Positions 61,638 to 64,000 of a stretch of 64,000 bases of DNA are shown in pieces (position 1 is the stretch's first letter; each line of letters begins with the position of its first letter). The stretch spans positions 1,922,001-1,986,000 of the forward strand of contig OZ176050.1 of assembly GCA_964247055.1 (NCBI GenBank). The letters run 5' to 3'. This DNA comes from Paragordius varius (lineage: Eukaryota; Animalia; Nematomorpha). The translations under genes were made by a program, and so were the position numbers. The notes under the pieces are model-generated. The model saw only the letters and a program-made list of their open reading frames with translations, was not told the DNA's origin and did not search any database.

Positions 61638-64000
61638 AGTATCTATTTAAAAACCTTATTGCAATATTCCGGCATTTTCTCATTTATTTTAAAATACCTA
61701 GCCGGCTTTAGAAGAGCTAAAAGATATGGGACTTTTGGAGCCCACATCAAAAAAATATTTTAAAAATATTGTTTTCCTTTTATAAGTAGTTTATGACATA
61801 TTGTAATGATATTTTTTGGAAGCAAGCTGTCAAAATAAATTTATTCAAAAAATGTGCTCAAATTTTGCCATTTTCTGATATGGAGCACTTGCCAAAGTGT
61901 AAATAACTTGCTTATTTCACTCGTAACTGCCAAAATCAAAATCACCATGATATTTTGTTTCATTTTTCTATCAGAATATATTTATTTTATCAAGGTATTT
62001 TTAGGGTAACCGATTTTGTACACTGTTTATATTCACAAACGCTTAATGTTATTCATCCTAATTTTATTTCAAATGATAACGAATTACTAATATTATGTTG
62101 TTATTTTTAAGCATCCCATTATATTTGCAAAAAGACATCCAAAAAATAAGATGTAAAACGCTGTCTCAGCTTAGCGAGATATACGCCTCGAAAGCGCACA
62201 ATATAAAAACAAATATTTGAATCTGTTGTAACTTAGAATAAATTTGAAATAATGTAATATGTATTTTATCTGAAAACATTATGCAAAACTGTTATACTAG
62301 AAGAGTCTCTTAAGGGCGAATGGCTTCATCAACTTAAAATTTTTAGATCCCTTGCTCAATTATAATATTAACATATGTACCATTGAGTTTTATAAAAAGC
62401 ATATTGTATTGGTTAGTTATCTTTATATTTATTCCAAATCTTGGTTAAAATGATCGAAGTAATTTCCGTAAAATTTAAATTGTATGGCAAAATGGTTATA
62501 TTCAATAGTAAAAGACTTTACTGTACACTTGCTGGTTTAAGTAAACTCTCAACTTACCACGCTTTACTTGCAAGACATGTTCAATTTTTCTCACCCCACA
62601 TAATGAAAATTTAGTTATAGAATGAGATCCAAAAGCCCAAAATATTTTCGGTATTCTAAAACGGGGTTTAAAATAAATTTAAATGAGAATCTTGATAATT
62701 TTTTAATATATAATAGATTATGGCATCAAATAAATATTTTTAAAAAATTCATACTTTGTTCAAAAATTTATTTTTAGCAAAATATTGTTGAAGCGTACTT
62801 ATATTTTAAGGCAGCATGGAAACGGTATAAAAACGCTTTAAGATGTTGTAAAAGCACTTTACCTACATAATTCGAAAATACTGTACATTTGTATCATCGT
62901 TCGTCTAAAAATTTATTTTATGTTTTATGTTTAAAATATAACCCCAGTTGAAAGGAAACCGGCTTTGGACTGTTAAAGAAATTCAAAAGCTTTAATATGC
63001 AGTTTTGTAATTTTATTATTATACGTTTCCCCGTGAATTTCACGTGAGATACTTCCTTGTATAACTCTCTTAAGGCATTTGTTTTAATTCTCGTTTTACT
63101 GAACCCATCTTTAGGGTTTCCACGTCTTCCTATATCCATTTGAATTTATTATCGGTATTAAATACATTAAAAGCATTGAAATTATTTTGTTAAAAAAATA
63201 CAGTTTAATTTAACAGGTAAAGTTTGAAATGATTTTTTTTTCAAAACGCAAAAAAATCCCATAGAATGCATATTTTTTGTTTTTCTCTAATATTTATAAA
63301 AGGTGATAAATATTTTAAAATGGCAAACTAATCATGGTAGGTATTTGAGTAGAAATCAAACGGCTTTTCAAACAAATAGCGCATAACATTGCGTCTTTAG
63401 TAGAAAGGTACAAAAAATATCCTGAATATATGTTCCTATTAAAAATGTAACAGGATCATCATGGTGTTTTTGAATTTGGTGCCCTTACGACTTATTTAAA
63501 ATCATTTACACTTTTATGGTAAGGGCTTCATATCAGAAAAGTTACGCATATTTTAATAAAATCTTTTTTGTGAAAGCTACATGGCTCATTTCAAAACATA
63601 TCACTAATATATATCATAAACTGCAGAGAAAAACCAAAACCATATAAAATTCTAAGATATAATCAAAGGTCCCAAATTTTACTACTTCTTAAACGGGCCT
63701 TTCTTAAAATAAACACAAAAGTGCGGGATGCGCAAAAATTCTAAATATATACTAAATATATAAACTAAAAATATTAAGATAATGCATTCTTTTTACAAAA
63801 ATCAATTTTATCAAAATTTTGTTAAACTACTTATCAATTTGAGGCATGATGAAAGAGCTCTAAAACGCTTTAAAATATTATAACACTTTTTCGATGATTC
63901 AATGAATGCCTAATATTTTCGATATAAGGGGGCGTTTGCTTTATGCACATGATTTATTTAAATTTTTGATAAGCATTAACCTTTTATCATTAAATTTTTA

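Noticed and set aside
62918-63139. 73-aa ORF with faint LINE RT resemblance
   Set aside because: The similarity is too weak to support by eye.

Overview
Very AT-rich eukaryotic (metazoan-type) genomic DNA. Almost every gene is broken by tiny 21-36 nt GT-AG introns, so the six-frame ORF track misses most of them. Tiny introns plus animal-type genes suggest a reduced parasite lineage such as a myxozoan, dicyemid or orthonectid (inference only). Genes reconstructed by hand with phase-consistent exons: 3' end of an unknown gene (16-307), RPS16, two copies of an 84-aa NDUFA3-like gene, two copies of RNF4-like C3HC4 RING exons, an acidic D/E/S-rich gene (34345->32439), SEC62, VMP1, TDP2 and PSMD5. 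About 9 kb is present twice in tandem (11907-20754 and 22876-33512), with a truncated RTE LINE exactly at the junction. The rest is dense with decayed mobile DNA: Buster-type hAT elements with 8-bp TSDs, Harbinger-like, piggyBac-like and TA-targeting MITEs, RTE LINE remnants, two orphan Gypsy gag fragments and a mariner remnant, some nested four deep. Most notable: an otherwise intact TDP2 whose second intron has no AG acceptor (GT...AA); a strong frameshifting cassette exon in SEC62; an acidic gene that can be spliced either to a hydrophobic tail or to the RING domain; and near-identical exons in the 5'-truncated duplicate copy. No bacterial-type system, CRISPR array, rRNA or tRNA was found.
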